NCBI GenBank assembly: GCA_965224025.1
Contig: OZ245033.1
Span: forward strand, 1,984,001-2,048,000
Length of the DNA: 64,000 nt
Reading direction: 5' to 3'
DNA from: Candidatus Multivorans sp.
Lineage (GTDB): Bacteria; Acidobacteriota; Thermoanaerobaculia; Multivoradales; Multivoraceae
Shown: positions 8,946 through 19,348 of the stretch, one piece after another
Layout of the letters: the number at the start of each line of letters is the position of its first letter
How positions within the stretch are numbered: the stretch's first letter is position 1
Notes under the pieces: model-generated
What the model was told of the DNA's origin: nothing
What the model saw: the letters and a program-made list of their open reading frames with translations, nothing else
Database searches by the model: none
Translations under genes and position numbers: made by a program

Positions 8946-10916
8946 ATGAACGTGGCCAAGACCCTGCTCCTCTCCTGTTGCGCGGCGCCGCTGCTCGTCG
9001 CCGCTGTCGCGACTGCCGCCGACACCGACTGGCCCAACTTCGGCAACGACGCCGGCAATTCGAAGTACTCGCCGCTGGCCCAGATAGACGCCGACAACTT
9101 CGATCGTGTGCGGGTGGTCTGGACCTGGGAGTCGGTCGACACCCGGATTCCGAACCTGCCTGACTCGATCAGGCCGCGGTCTTTCAAGGCCATTCCGGTG
9201 GTCATCGACGGCCGTATGTACGTGAGCACCTCCCTCGGCCAGGTGGCGGCGATCGACGCCGCCTCGGGCAAGCCGCTGTGGAGCTACGACCCCCAGAGCT
9301 GGGAGGCGGGGCGGCCGGCGAACATGGGGTTCCAACACCGCGGAGTGGCGATCTGGGGCAAGGGGGAGAAGCAACGAGTGATGATGGCCACCCACGACCG
9401 GCGCCTGCTCTCGCTCGACGCCACGACCGGCAGGCCCGATCCCGCCTTCGGGAATCGGGGCGCACTGGGGATGACCGAGGATCTGGGCCGCAAGGTCCTC
9501 GAGTCGCGAACCACACACAGCTCGCCGCCGGCGATCTGTCGCGACACCGTGATCGTGGGCTCGATCGTGGCCGATATAGCCACACATCAAGAGGCGCCGC
9601 CGGGCTTCGTGCGCGCCTATGACGCCGAGAGCGGCGCCCTGGCGTGGGTCTTTCACACCATACCCCAGCAGGGAGAGGAGGGCACAGAGACCTGGGAGAA
9701 CGAGTCGTGGCGCTACAGCGGCAATACCAATGTGTGGTCGATGATCACCGTCGACGAAGAGCTCGGCCTCGCCTATCTTCCGATCGGCACACCGACGAGT
9801 GACCTCTACGGTGGTCATCGCCTTGGCGACAACCTCTACGCCGAGAGCCTGGTGGCGGTCGACTGCGAGACCGGCCAAAAACGCTGGCACTTCCAGATCG
9901 TGCACCACGGCCTCTGGGACTACGACCTGCCACCGCCGCCGAACAGGATCGATCTGATGGTGGATGGCAAGCCCCGGAAGGTGGTGGCGCAAGCCAGCAA
10001 GCAGGCCTTCCTCTTCGTCCTCGACGCGGTGACGGGAGAGCCGCTGTGGCCGGTCGAAGAGCGTCCCGTGCCTCCGAGCCAGGTGCCTGGAGAGAGCGCC
10101 TCGCCGACCCAGCCTTTCCCCACCAAGCCCGCCGCCTACGATCGCCAGGGCATCAGCGTAGACGACCTGATCGACTTCACCCCCCAGCTTCGGGAAGAAG
10201 CCCTCGAGATCGCGAGCGCGTACGAGCTGGCGCCTCTCTACACGCCGCCTCGGGTCGCGGGCGAGGGTAAGCCGGTGATCCAGCAGCCCGGTCCGGGTGG
10301 AGGCACCAACTGGACCGGCACCGCGGTGGACCCCGAAAGCGGCATGATCTACGTGCCTTCCTACGCCACCCCGAGATCCGTTTCTCTCACCTCGCCCGAC
10401 CCCAATCGATCGAATCTGCGTTACGTACCCGACGGCTGGTACGAGCACGTCGAGGGTCCTCGAGGTCTGCCGCTGGTCAAGCCGCCATACGGACGCGTCA
10501 CCGCGATCGATCTCGCTACCGGCGAGCACGTCTGGGTCGCGGCCCACGGTGAGGGGCCGCGCAACCACCCGGCGATCAAGCACCTGGGCCTGGATCGCCT
10601 GGGCTCCCCGAACCGGTTTGCAGCGCCGCTGGTGACCAGGACTCTGTTGTTCGTCACCCATCGTGCCGAGAGCACCACCGGCGCCGATCCTCCCACCACG
10701 GATCGACCCGCCGAGATCAGCGTTTACGACAAGAAGACCGGGGCCTACCTGGGCGGCATCGAGCTCCCCGCCTTGCCCAACTCGAACCTCATCACCTACG
10801 AAGTGGGGGGTCGTCAGTATCTCGCGCTAAGCGTCGGTGGCGGAAGAGAGGCTACCGAGACCGACCCTCCTGCCGGTGTGGTCGCACTCGCGCTCGCCGG
10901 AGAGGAGGCAGAGTAG
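8946..10916 (+). CDS. PQQ-dependent dehydrogenase (glucose/quinate/shikimate type), secreted
   Basis: Signal peptide; YSPLAQI, HHGLWDYDLP, KPPYGRVTAIDL, ITYEVGGRQY. Confidence 0.88.
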   Translation: MNVAKTLLLSCCAAPLLVAAVATAADTDWPNFGNDAGNSKYSPLAQIDADNFDRVRVVWTWESVDTRIPNLPDSIRPRSFKAIPVVIDGRMYVSTSLGQVAAIDAASGKPLWSYDPQSWEAGRPANMGFQHRGVAIWGKGEKQRVMMATHDRRLLSLDATTGRPDPAFGNRGALGMTEDLGRKVLESRTTHSSPPAICRDTVIVGSIVADIATHQEAPPGFVRAYDAESGALAWVFHTIPQQGEEGTETWENESWRYSGNTNVWSMITVDEELGLAYLPIGTPTSDLYGGHRLGDNLYAESLVAVDCETGQKRWHFQIVHHGLWDYDLPPPPNRIDLMVDGKPRKVVAQASKQAFLFVLDAVTGEPLWPVEERPVPPSQVPGESASPTQPFPTKPAAYDRQGISVDDLIDFTPQLREEALEIASAYELAPLYTPPRVAGEGKPVIQQPGPGGGTNWTGTAVDPESGMIYVPSYATPRSVSLTSPDPNRSNLRYVPDGWYEHVEGPRGLPLVKPPYGRVTAIDLATGEHVWVAAHGEGPRNHPAIKHLGLDRLGSPNRFAAPLVTRTLLFVTHRAESTTGADPPTTDRPAEISVYDKKTGAYLGGIELPALPNSNLITYEVGGRQYLALSVGGGREATETDPPAGVVALALAGEEAE

Positions 10917-12424
10917 TGATGGCATTTCGATTCAGAGACTGTGCGCTCGCCGTGGGACTGATCGCCGCGTTCGGCTGTCAATCTTCTGAGCCGCCACCGG
11001 AGACCTCGATTCCCCCACCGGCGCCAGCACCGCCGCCGAACATCGTCGTCATCGTCGGTGACGACCTGGGCTACGGCGACATCGGGGTGTACGGCTCGCA
11101 GATCCCCACGCCTCACATCGACCAGTTGGCACGCGACGGCGTGCGCCTGACCGACGGCCATGTGTCCGCAGCCGTCTGCAGTCCGATGCGAGCGGGTTTC
11201 CACACCGGGCGGTATCAGAATCGCTTCGGCTGGGAGTACAACCCCACCGACCACAACCTCGGGCTTCCGTTGGATCAGAAAACGGTCGCCAACCACTTTC
11301 AGGACGCCGGCTATGTCACCGGCCTGATCGGTAAGTGGCACCTGGGCGTGGCCGAGCCGCACCATCCACTCCACCGCGGCTTCGACGAGTTCTACGGAAT
11401 GCTGGGAGGCGCCTCCAGCTACATCGACTCCCGACTTCCAGGCACCCACGAGTGGCCCGCCGAGGGAGCCCCCACCACCCGCACCAGCGACTCGCGTGTC
11501 ATCCGCGACGGCTTCGAGGTGATCGAGGTCGAGGAGTATCTGACTGACGTCTTTGCCGAGAAGGCGGTCGACTTCATCGATCGCCACGCCGACGAGCGCT
11601 TCCTCCTGATGCTGACTCCCAACACTCCGCACACCCCGCTCCAGGCGACCGACGAGTACATGGAGCGGGTGCGGCACATCGAAGGCGATGGAGCGCGCGT
11701 CTACGCTGCGATGGTCGTCTCGCTCGACGACTACGTCGGCGACGTCGTCGCGGCCCTACGCAAGTACGACCTCGAGCGCGACACGCTGGTCGTCTTTCTC
11801 TCCGACAATGGGTGCATCAACTACATGACCGAGCCGATCTGCACCAACGCGCCGCTGGCGGGGAACAAGCGCTACCACCTGGAAGGCGGTCATCGTGTTC
11901 CCTTCATCCTCAAGTGGCCGGCGGGCCTTCCTCAGGGCGAGGTCTACCGCGAGCTTGCCAGCGCACTCGATCTCTACGCCACTTTCACTGCCGCGAGCGG
12001 TCTCGAAGCGGATAGCCCGGACAGCGTCAACCTGCTTCCGCATCTACGCGGCGAGACCAGCGAGCCGCCGCACGAGTTCCTCTATTGGCGGGCGGCGCCG
12101 AACATCGCCATCCGCTGGGGCAAGTGGAAGATGTGGAGAGTGAACAACACCGACATGGAGGTCCCTGACGGGCGACCGGGCCAGACGACCCCGCTGAGGG
12201 AATACCCACCCGACGACTCACCCATGGGTCAGACCACCGTTCTGTACGATCTGGAGGCTGACATCGGCGAGACCAACAACATCGCAGATCAGCACCCCGA
12301 GATCGTAGAGCGCCTGGAGAGCGAGCTCGCCGCCTGGGAGGCCGAGCTTGCCGAGCCACTCTGGGTCAACCATCGCGGGACTCTTCACTCGCTTCACGGT
12401 CAGACGGTTCAGCTCTTCTTTTAG
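10916..12424 (+). CDS. Sulfatase (lipoprotein)
   Basis: PNIVVIVGDDLGYGD, CSPMR (CxPxR), GKWHLG, SDNG; lipobox AFGC. Confidence 0.9.
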   Translation: MMAFRFRDCALAVGLIAAFGCQSSEPPPETSIPPPAPAPPPNIVVIVGDDLGYGDIGVYGSQIPTPHIDQLARDGVRLTDGHVSAAVCSPMRAGFHTGRYQNRFGWEYNPTDHNLGLPLDQKTVANHFQDAGYVTGLIGKWHLGVAEPHHPLHRGFDEFYGMLGGASSYIDSRLPGTHEWPAEGAPTTRTSDSRVIRDGFEVIEVEEYLTDVFAEKAVDFIDRHADERFLLMLTPNTPHTPLQATDEYMERVRHIEGDGARVYAAMVVSLDDYVGDVVAALRKYDLERDTLVVFLSDNGCINYMTEPICTNAPLAGNKRYHLEGGHRVPFILKWPAGLPQGEVYRELASALDLYATFTAASGLEADSPDSVNLLPHLRGETSEPPHEFLYWRAAPNIAIRWGKWKMWRVNNTDMEVPDGRPGQTTPLREYPPDDSPMGQTTVLYDLEADIGETNNIADQHPEIVERLESELAAWEAELAEPLWVNHRGTLHSLHGQTVQLFF

Positions 12425-12500
12425 GGGATTATATCTCTAGGTTGACAAACTGGCTCTCCGTCCGGTAGGGTATACCTCACGGTTGACGGAGGGAGAAGCG

Positions 12501-13487
12501 ATGAACGACACAGAACTCAAGGCACCCGGCAAGGCTCACCGGAAGGGCATCACGCTGTTCGACTTGCAGCGGATGTTCCCCGATGAGGAAGCGGCGCGGC
12601 AGTGGTTCGAGGCGATCGTCTGGCCGGACGGCGAGCGCTACTGCCCGCACTGCGGCACCGACAACAACCACGAGTGCAGCCACGCGAAGATGCCGTACCG
12701 CTGCCGCGACTGCAAGCGGTACTTCTCGGTGAAGACCGGCACCGTGATGGCGCGGTCGAAGCTGCCTCTGCTCAAGTGGCTGTACGCGATCTACCTCGAC
12801 ACAACGAGCCTCAAGGGCGTGTCGTCGATGAAGATCCACCGTGACCTGGGCGTCACTCAGAAGACCGCGTGGTTCATGCTCCAGCGCATCCGCGAGTTCA
12901 GCGACTCGGGGCCGACCGTGCGCTTCGAGGGACCGGCAGAAGCCGATGAGGCGTACTTCGGCGGTCTGCGGAAGAATATGCACGCGAAGAAGCGCAAGAC
13001 CCTCGAAGGCCGTGGCTCTGTCGGCAAGACAGCGGTGGTGGGCGTCAAGGACCGCGAGACCGGCATGGTGGCGGCGCGTGTCGTCCGTTCGACCGACGGC
13101 GAGACCCTGCAAGCGTTCGTCCGTGAGCACGTCGAACCCGGCGCAACGGTCTACACGGACGATACGGGGGCGTACAGCGGTTTGACCGAGTACGAGCGCG
13201 GCACCGTCAAGCACTCGGTCGGCGAGTACGTTGCGGGCAAGGTTCACACGAACTCGATCGAGAGCTTCTGGTCGATGCTCAAGCGCGCCCACAAGGGCGT
13301 GTACCACAAGCTCTCACCGAAGCATCTACAGCGCTACGTCAACCAGTTCGCGGGCCGTCACAACTTCCGCGATCTCGACACGCTGGCGCAAATGGCGTCC
13401 GTCACCGAGGGGCTGGCGGGCAAGCGGCTCCAGTACCGTGACCTGATCGCCGACAACGGCCTGCCGTCCGGCGCTCGCTCGGCATGA
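12501..13487 (+). CDS. IS1595-family transposase (zinc ribbon + DDE)
   Basis: CPHC...CRDC, EADEAYFGG, VYTDD, HTNSIESFWS, YH..SPKHLQRY. Confidence 0.93.
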   Translation: MNDTELKAPGKAHRKGITLFDLQRMFPDEEAARQWFEAIVWPDGERYCPHCGTDNNHECSHAKMPYRCRDCKRYFSVKTGTVMARSKLPLLKWLYAIYLDTTSLKGVSSMKIHRDLGVTQKTAWFMLQRIREFSDSGPTVRFEGPAEADEAYFGGLRKNMHAKKRKTLEGRGSVGKTAVVGVKDRETGMVAARVVRSTDGETLQAFVREHVEPGATVYTDDTGAYSGLTEYERGTVKHSVGEYVAGKVHTNSIESFWSMLKRAHKGVYHKLSPKHLQRYVNQFAGRHNFRDLDTLAQMASVTEGLAGKRLQYRDLIADNGLPSGARSA

Positions 13488-15070
13488 ACCCACCGGACGC
13501 GGGCACGCTGTACTACGGTGACTGCCTCGACTGGATGCAGCGATGGGACGATCAGTCCGTAGACCTGATTTACCTCGATCCGCCATTCAACTCGAAGGCC
13601 GACTACAACATCCTCTACTCGGCTCGCGGCGGCGCTGACGCGCAGTACCGGGCGTTCAGCGACACATGGGCGTGGGACGAAGCCGCGGCGGACCGCTACG
13701 CGGCCTACGAGGGTGCGCCCGCACGACGCGCCCACGACGCGATAGTGGGCCTACGGCACGCCATCGGCCCGTCCGGGATGCTCGCCTACCTGACCTACAT
13801 GGCGGAGCGCTTGGAGCACATGCACCGGCTCCTCAAGCCAACAGGTTCGATCTACTTGCACTGTGACCCGACCGCGAGCCACTATCTCAAAATCGTCATG
13901 GACGCGATCTTCGGTGTGCCGAATTTCCGATCCGAAATCGGATGGAAGCGAACCAGCAGCCACAACGACGGCGCGCAGGGAAGACGACAATTTGGACGTG
14001 TACTGGATCGCGTCCTCTACTACTCGAGGGGCGACGGTTGGGCTTGGAATCCGCTGTACACGCCATACGATGACCAATACGTCGACGGTTTCTACCGCTA
14101 TGTCGAAGAAGACACTGGACGGCGCTATCGACTCAGCGATATGACTGGGCGCGGCGGTGCAGCGAAGGGCAACCCGCAGTACGAGGTACTGGGCGTAACG
14201 CGCTATTGGGCCTACTCCCGCGAGCGGATGCAGCGGATGATCGACGAAGGACGGGTTGTACAAACAGCGCCGGGCCGCGTCCCGGCCTACAAGCGCTATT
14301 TGGACGAGGCCAAGGGCCGGCCGTTGCAGGACCTATGGACGGACATAGGGCCGATCGGCGCCCAGGCGAAGGAACGGATGGGTTACCCGACCCAGAAGCC
14401 CCGCGCGTTGCTGGAGCGGATCATCGAAGCGAGCAGTAACCCTGACGACCTGATTCTCGATCCGTTCTGCGGTTGCGGTACGACCATTGAAGCGGCGCAG
14501 CGTCTCGGCCGACAGTGGGCCGGGATCGACATTTCGTCATTCGCTATCGACCTGATCCGTGAGAAGCGGCTGAAGAACCGGACGATCCCGACGAAGGGGA
14601 TCCCGGTCGATCTCGCATCGGCGCGCAAGCTGGCAACCGAGCAGCCGTTCAGCTTTGAATCGTGGGCGGTGACGCGGCTCCCCGGTTTCGCGCCGAACAT
14701 GAAGCAGGTTGCGGACGGCGGCGTGGACGGTCGCGCCGTGATCGCCGCTCAGCCGGACGACTACGATTCCCGTCTCGCGCTGGCGCAGATCAAGGGCGGT
14801 GGATTCCATCTCGGAGCGTTGCGGGACTTCCGCCATGTCACAGACCGCGACGAAGCGGCTCTCGGCTGCTTCGTCACACTGGAACCAGTCGGCTCGCGTG
14901 CAGCGCGGGCGGAAGCGGCAGAGGCTGGCACGATCAGCGTGTCCGGTCAGCCCTACAGGAGAATGCAGCTATGGCCGATCAGCGAGTACTTCGACGGGAG
15001 ACTGCCACGCTTGCCGACGATGAACGATCCGTACAGCGGCAAGCCGATGGCGCAGCAGGAACTGTTCTGA
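13484..15070 (+). CDS. Beta-class N6/N4 DNA methyltransferase with C-terminal Mrr-like nuclease-fold domain
   Basis: IYLDPPFN, YPTQKP, LDPFCGCGT; C-terminal FESWAV...ADGGVDG...AQIKGG. Confidence 0.85.
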   Translation: MNPPDAGTLYYGDCLDWMQRWDDQSVDLIYLDPPFNSKADYNILYSARGGADAQYRAFSDTWAWDEAAADRYAAYEGAPARRAHDAIVGLRHAIGPSGMLAYLTYMAERLEHMHRLLKPTGSIYLHCDPTASHYLKIVMDAIFGVPNFRSEIGWKRTSSHNDGAQGRRQFGRVLDRVLYYSRGDGWAWNPLYTPYDDQYVDGFYRYVEEDTGRRYRLSDMTGRGGAAKGNPQYEVLGVTRYWAYSRERMQRMIDEGRVVQTAPGRVPAYKRYLDEAKGRPLQDLWTDIGPIGAQAKERMGYPTQKPRALLERIIEASSNPDDLILDPFCGCGTTIEAAQRLGRQWAGIDISSFAIDLIREKRLKNRTIPTKGIPVDLASARKLATEQPFSFESWAVTRLPGFAPNMKQVADGGVDGRAVIAAQPDDYDSRLALAQIKGGGFHLGALRDFRHVTDRDEAALGCFVTLEPVGSRAARAEAAEAGTISVSGQPYRRMQLWPISEYFDGRLPRLPTMNDPYSGKPMAQQELF

Positions 15071-15113
15071 GGGAGCATTCCATCTACGGCGGGCCTAGGT
15101 GAGCGGCGCTGTT

Positions 15114-15248
15114 ATGAAGATCAAGAAGCCTCGCCGCAAGGGATTGAAGGCCAACTACAACGGCGCGACTCCGAAGCAGGTGGCGCACTGGCTGCTGATG
15201 AAGGACCGGGCGAAGCCGGTCAAGGCCACCAAGAAGGCCGAGGCGTGA
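15114..15248 (+). CDS. Small basic protein (44 aa) inside the IS1595 element
   Basis: MKIKKPRRKGLKANYNGATPKQVAHWLLMKDRAKPVKATKKAEA, ending just before the right TIR. Confidence 0.4.
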   Translation: MKIKKPRRKGLKANYNGATPKQVAHWLLMKDRAKPVKATKKAEA

Positions 15249-15355
15249 TCGGTTTCTGTCAACCTACGGATATAATCCCCTTCTTTTAAGGCTCCGCGTC
15301 CTACAATTCCAGAGAGCGTTGTCGCGGCCTCCGAGACACGACTCAGCCGCTCGCC

Positions 15356-15405
15356 ATGAAGCCTGGCCGGGCGATTGTCGATACAAACGTCGTCGTCTCC
15401 CGACA
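15356..15405 (+). pseudogene. PIN-domain toxin N-terminal remnant
   Basis: MKPGRAIVDTNVVVS matches the PIN start motif (hhDTNVhhS), then similarity is lost. Confidence 0.4.
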
Positions 15406-15572
15406 GGCGGCGGCTGATCCTGGAATCGCTACCCGTCCGAGCTCACTGGCGTCCCGGTATGATTCTTGCAACCATTTGCGCATTAGGGTCATTTTTGACA
15501 TAGTAGCCCGCTTCGAGCCGAACCCGGTCTCAAGCGGGACTCAAACATAAGGGCTCCTTCTGGAGGACAGCA

Positions 15573-18278
15573 ATGCTGCGAGCGAAAGCTGCCACTGTCA
15601 GGTCAGTTCTCTGTGTCTTCGCCATCGCCTGTGTGGTTCAGGCGCCGCTCTTGGCCGATGGTCCGCAGACATCGACCATTGACGGCACCATTACCGATGC
15701 CCAGGGTGCCGGCCTGCCCGGCGTCACGGTGACCCTGGCCGGCCCTCAGAACACCAGGAGGGAGATCACCAACGCCGAGGGCGACTATCGCTTCGCCCTG
15801 CTGCAGCCCGGCAACTATAAGGTGACCGCCAACCTCGAGGGTCTCGGCTCCGCCGAGCGCGATGTAAAGCTAGATCCCGGCCAGCGCCAGGACGTCGACC
15901 TCACCCTCCAGGCGGCCACCTCCGAGACCATCACCGTCACCTCCGAGGCGGCGCTGATCTCGAAGTACGACACCGGTGCCGCTTCTGCCATCCCGGAAGA
16001 GGCGCTCGAGAACGTCACCTACTCCTCGCGCAACTACAATTCGAGCGTCAGGCAGATGCCGACTCTGGTGACGCGCAGACAGGAGAATGATTTCCAACCC
16101 TCGGTCAACGGTGGCATCCGCACCGAGCTGGGTGTTTTCATCGACGGCGTCGACGTGGGCATGCCTCTTCGCGGCGGCGAGCTGCGCTTCCAGCTCCCGT
16201 CGAGCGCGATCACCGAGACCAAGATGGAAACGGCCGGTTTCGGCGCCGAGTACGGCCGCGCGACGAACGGAGTGATGAACTCGACGATCAAGACCGGCAC
16301 CAACAAGTTCCACGGCGACTTCCTCTATATCGGCCAGAACCCGAGTTGGCGTGACGAGGACTGGCTCGGAATCGAGCGCCCCGATGAGATGATCAACAGC
16401 TTCGAGACCTCGCTCGGTGGCCCGATCTGGCCCGACAAGGCCTGGTTCTTCGCCTCCTACAACGAGATGAGTGACAACCGGCTCGACCAGACTCGTACCG
16501 CCGTGGTGACCCCCACCTCGCGCGAAGCGGAGCCGCTCATCGCCAAGGTGAACGCCCAGCCCGGCAACCGCCACCAGCTTTCGCTAACCGCCATCGACTC
16601 CCCGTCCGTGGCGATCGCCGGGTCCGGCATTGTGCTAGCCGGCGACCAGTACTCCCTCATGAGCTTTCCGCTCAATAACCGGATTCAGACCCTGACCTGG
16701 AGCTTCGCCATGACCAGCTCGGCGTTCCTCGAGGTCAAGGGCGCCAACCGCGAAGAGTTTATTGCACGCGTTGCTTTCCCGCCAGCTCCGATCGTTCCCC
16801 GCGCCTCGGTCGACTCTCCCAACGGCAACGACTTCCGCTACATCGATCTCAACAACGCTTTGCGCTACAACGGTCCCCTAATAGGCCTGGGGTCTGGGTT
16901 CAACGACCTTCCGCGCGATCAGGCGAATGGCTCGGTGACTCTCTTCGAGGGCAATCACGAGATCAAGGTCGGCGTCGACATCCAGGACATCACCTTCAAC
17001 AACCTGACCGACATCGGTACCGAGTATCGTGGCCGCGGTTTCTGCCGCGAGTGCCCTTCTGGCTACGACAGGCCGGCCAACAAGCGGGTCTACGACCCCG
17101 CCGCCCCGATCTCGATGGATACTCTGATGAGTGCTGCCTATGCCCAGGACCGGATCGAGGTCGGTGACCACCTGACCTTCCACCTCGGCGTGCGCTACGA
17201 CGAGCAGTGGATCGAGAACGACGTCATGGAGCGGGTCAACGACTACGGCGAGTGGGCGCCGCGTGCATCGGTGGTCTACGACATCAACGCCGACGGCAAG
17301 ATGCTGGTGCGGGGAAGCGCCGGCCGCTACTTCCGCAACATCGGCCTCACTGTCATCTTCCAGGAGTTCACCCGTGGCAACAACGGCGCGAACATCTACA
17401 ACCAGTTCCTGTGGAATCCCGCGACGGAGCTCTACGATCGCTTTCAGCGCCGCATCGAGCCCTCCTCGAGTAATGACGTCGCCGGCATCGAGCCCTACTA
17501 CAAGGACGAGGTGTCGGTGGGCTTCGACTGGCAGTTCGCCAACAACTGGATCTTCACCTCGCGCGCGGTTGTGCACGAGTCGGATGACCTCTACTCGGCC
17601 AGCCTGCAGTTCGACGAGGACGGCGAGGTCTTCCGCGACCTGCGCAACTGGTCCAACAACTACCGCGAGTACGAGGGCCTCTCGTTCCAGGTCAACCGTG
17701 CGTTTCGCAACAACTGATCGCTGCAGTCTAACTTGTCGATCGGTAACGCCGACGGCACCATCGAGTCCTCCAGCGACGACGACAACCACAACGAAGGCTT
17801 CGGCGGCATCGAGGTATCGACGGGCGATCTCAACACCACCAGTAGCCCCTTCTGGGACGGGCCCATGACCCACGACCGGGAGTTCATGGTCAACATCGTC
17901 GGCCTCAAGCGCTTCGTGTTCGGCAAGCATGACCTCATGACCAGTGCTTACTTGAAGTATTCCGCCGGCGAGCCCTGGGCATTGCACCCCTCCACCAGGG
18001 TGGCGCACCCGGTGTCCGGCCAGACCATCAGAACCTCGACTTTCCGCGAGCCGAGAGGCTCTCAGCAAATGGAGGACTTCTGGAACCTCAACCTGAGTGT
18101 CACCTACCAGTTCCCGATTGCGGGCTCGGTGCAGGGCAGTATCGGCGGTGAGGTTGCCAACGCCACCAACGAGCAGGCTGTGGTCCGGATCAACGAGAGG
18201 ACCGGCAGACCGCATTCCTCGGTCGCGTCTCACCAGTACCCGCGGGAGTATCGCCTCAAGGTCGGTTTCCGCTTCTAA
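15573..18278 (+). pseudogene. TonB-dependent receptor with carboxypeptidase-regulatory N-domain, interrupted by an in-frame TGA at 17715-17717
   Basis: GLPGVTVT, AEYGRATNGV, plug/barrel segments, terminal YRLKVGFRF; both ORF parts are in the same frame. Confidence 0.8.
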
Positions 18279-18314
18279 GCAACGTCGGGACACGATCGGC
18301 TTGCCTGAGGTTCC

Positions 18315-18349
18315 AAGACACCGGCGGCCGCCGCCGGTGTCTTTTTCTT
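18315..18349 (+). terminator. Rho-independent terminator
   Basis: 13-bp stem AAGACACCGGCGG/CCGCCGGTGTCTT followed by a T-run. Confidence 0.8.
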
Positions 18350-18446
18350 ATGTCTGAAAGTCGCTCGACGGTCTCGACGACCGGCCTGCGCTGCTCATCA
18401 AACTGTGCATCCGACAGCTGGGACTTCTGAAGGCAACAAAGGAGAC

Positions 18447-19348
18447 ATGATGAAGCGCACGTGCAAGAGATTCGCGTTGGGTTTGGCAGTCGGCGCGATG
18501 TGGGTCGGGGCGGGCAGCAGTTTGAGCGCCGCGACGCCCCCGGGCGTCGATGACTGCGAGACCTTGCCGGCGATGGACTTCACAAGCATTCAGGATGCGC
18601 CGACGCAGGCGACGGCGACCCGAATGGTGGAGGCCACCGGCGAGGTGCCCGCCCATTGCCGGATGGATGGGTATGTCACGCCCAATGTCCGGATCGTGCT
18701 AGACCTGCCCAACAGCGCCTCGTGGAACGGCAAGTATCTGCAGGCGAGCCCTGGTGGCCAGGGCGGCTCGACGGAACAGGAGGCCGGCTGGTGCGATGAG
18801 GCCTTGCGGAGAGGCTATGCCTGTCTCACACACGATACGGGGCATTTCGGCATAACAAGAAGGTCCTCGTGGGCCTACAACAATCTCCAGGCGGAGCTCG
18901 ATTACGGCATCCGCGGGTCACCATGTCGCCGCTCTGGCGGGCAAGGCCATCACCGAGCACTACTACGGCCGGGCGCCGGCGTTCTCCTATCATGTGGGCT
19001 GTTCCGCCGGCGGGAAGCAGGGAATGGTCCAAGCGAGTCGCTTTCCCTGGAACTTCGACGGCATTCTCGCCCAGGAGCCCGCGAACGTAACGGCCGTGGG
19101 CGTGATGATCCTGTGGAACGCCCTGGCATCGTACGACGCGGACGGCCAGCCGCTGTTCACACCCGCCGATCTGGACGTGCTGCACGCGGGGGCCATTGCC
19201 GCCTGCGATGCGGACGATGGCCTCGAGGATGGGATCATCGGTGGCGATCCGCGCACTTGCCAATTCGATCCGGCCGACCTCGCCTGCGCGTCGGGGCAGA
19301 CATCGGGCTGTCTATCGCCGGTCCAGGTGGAGGCGGCCAAAAAAAAGT
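18447..19348 (+). pseudogene. Tannase/feruloyl esterase, frameshifted near 18918 and truncated by ISL3
   Basis: WNGKY, THDTGH, GCSAGGKQG, FDGILA, CDADDGLEDGII. Confidence 0.85.

Larger units (their letters stand above)
12424..15280 (+). mobile_element. IS1595-family element carrying passenger genes
   Basis: 24-bp TIRs GGGGATTATATCTCTAGGTTGACA (12424-12447) and 15257-15280, 22/24 identical; 8-bp TSD TTCTTTTA at 12416-12423 and 15281-15288. Confidence 0.95.

Noticed and set aside
15500-15545. Riboswitch upstream of the TonB-dependent receptor
   Set aside because: Only a single imperfect hairpin (CCCGCTT...AAGCGGG); no recognisable cobalamin or TPP consensus
17715-17717. Selenocysteine or alternative genetic code at the receptor TGA
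   Set aside because: The context suits Trp rather than Cys, no convincing SECIS is visible, and TGA terminates many other genes in the window
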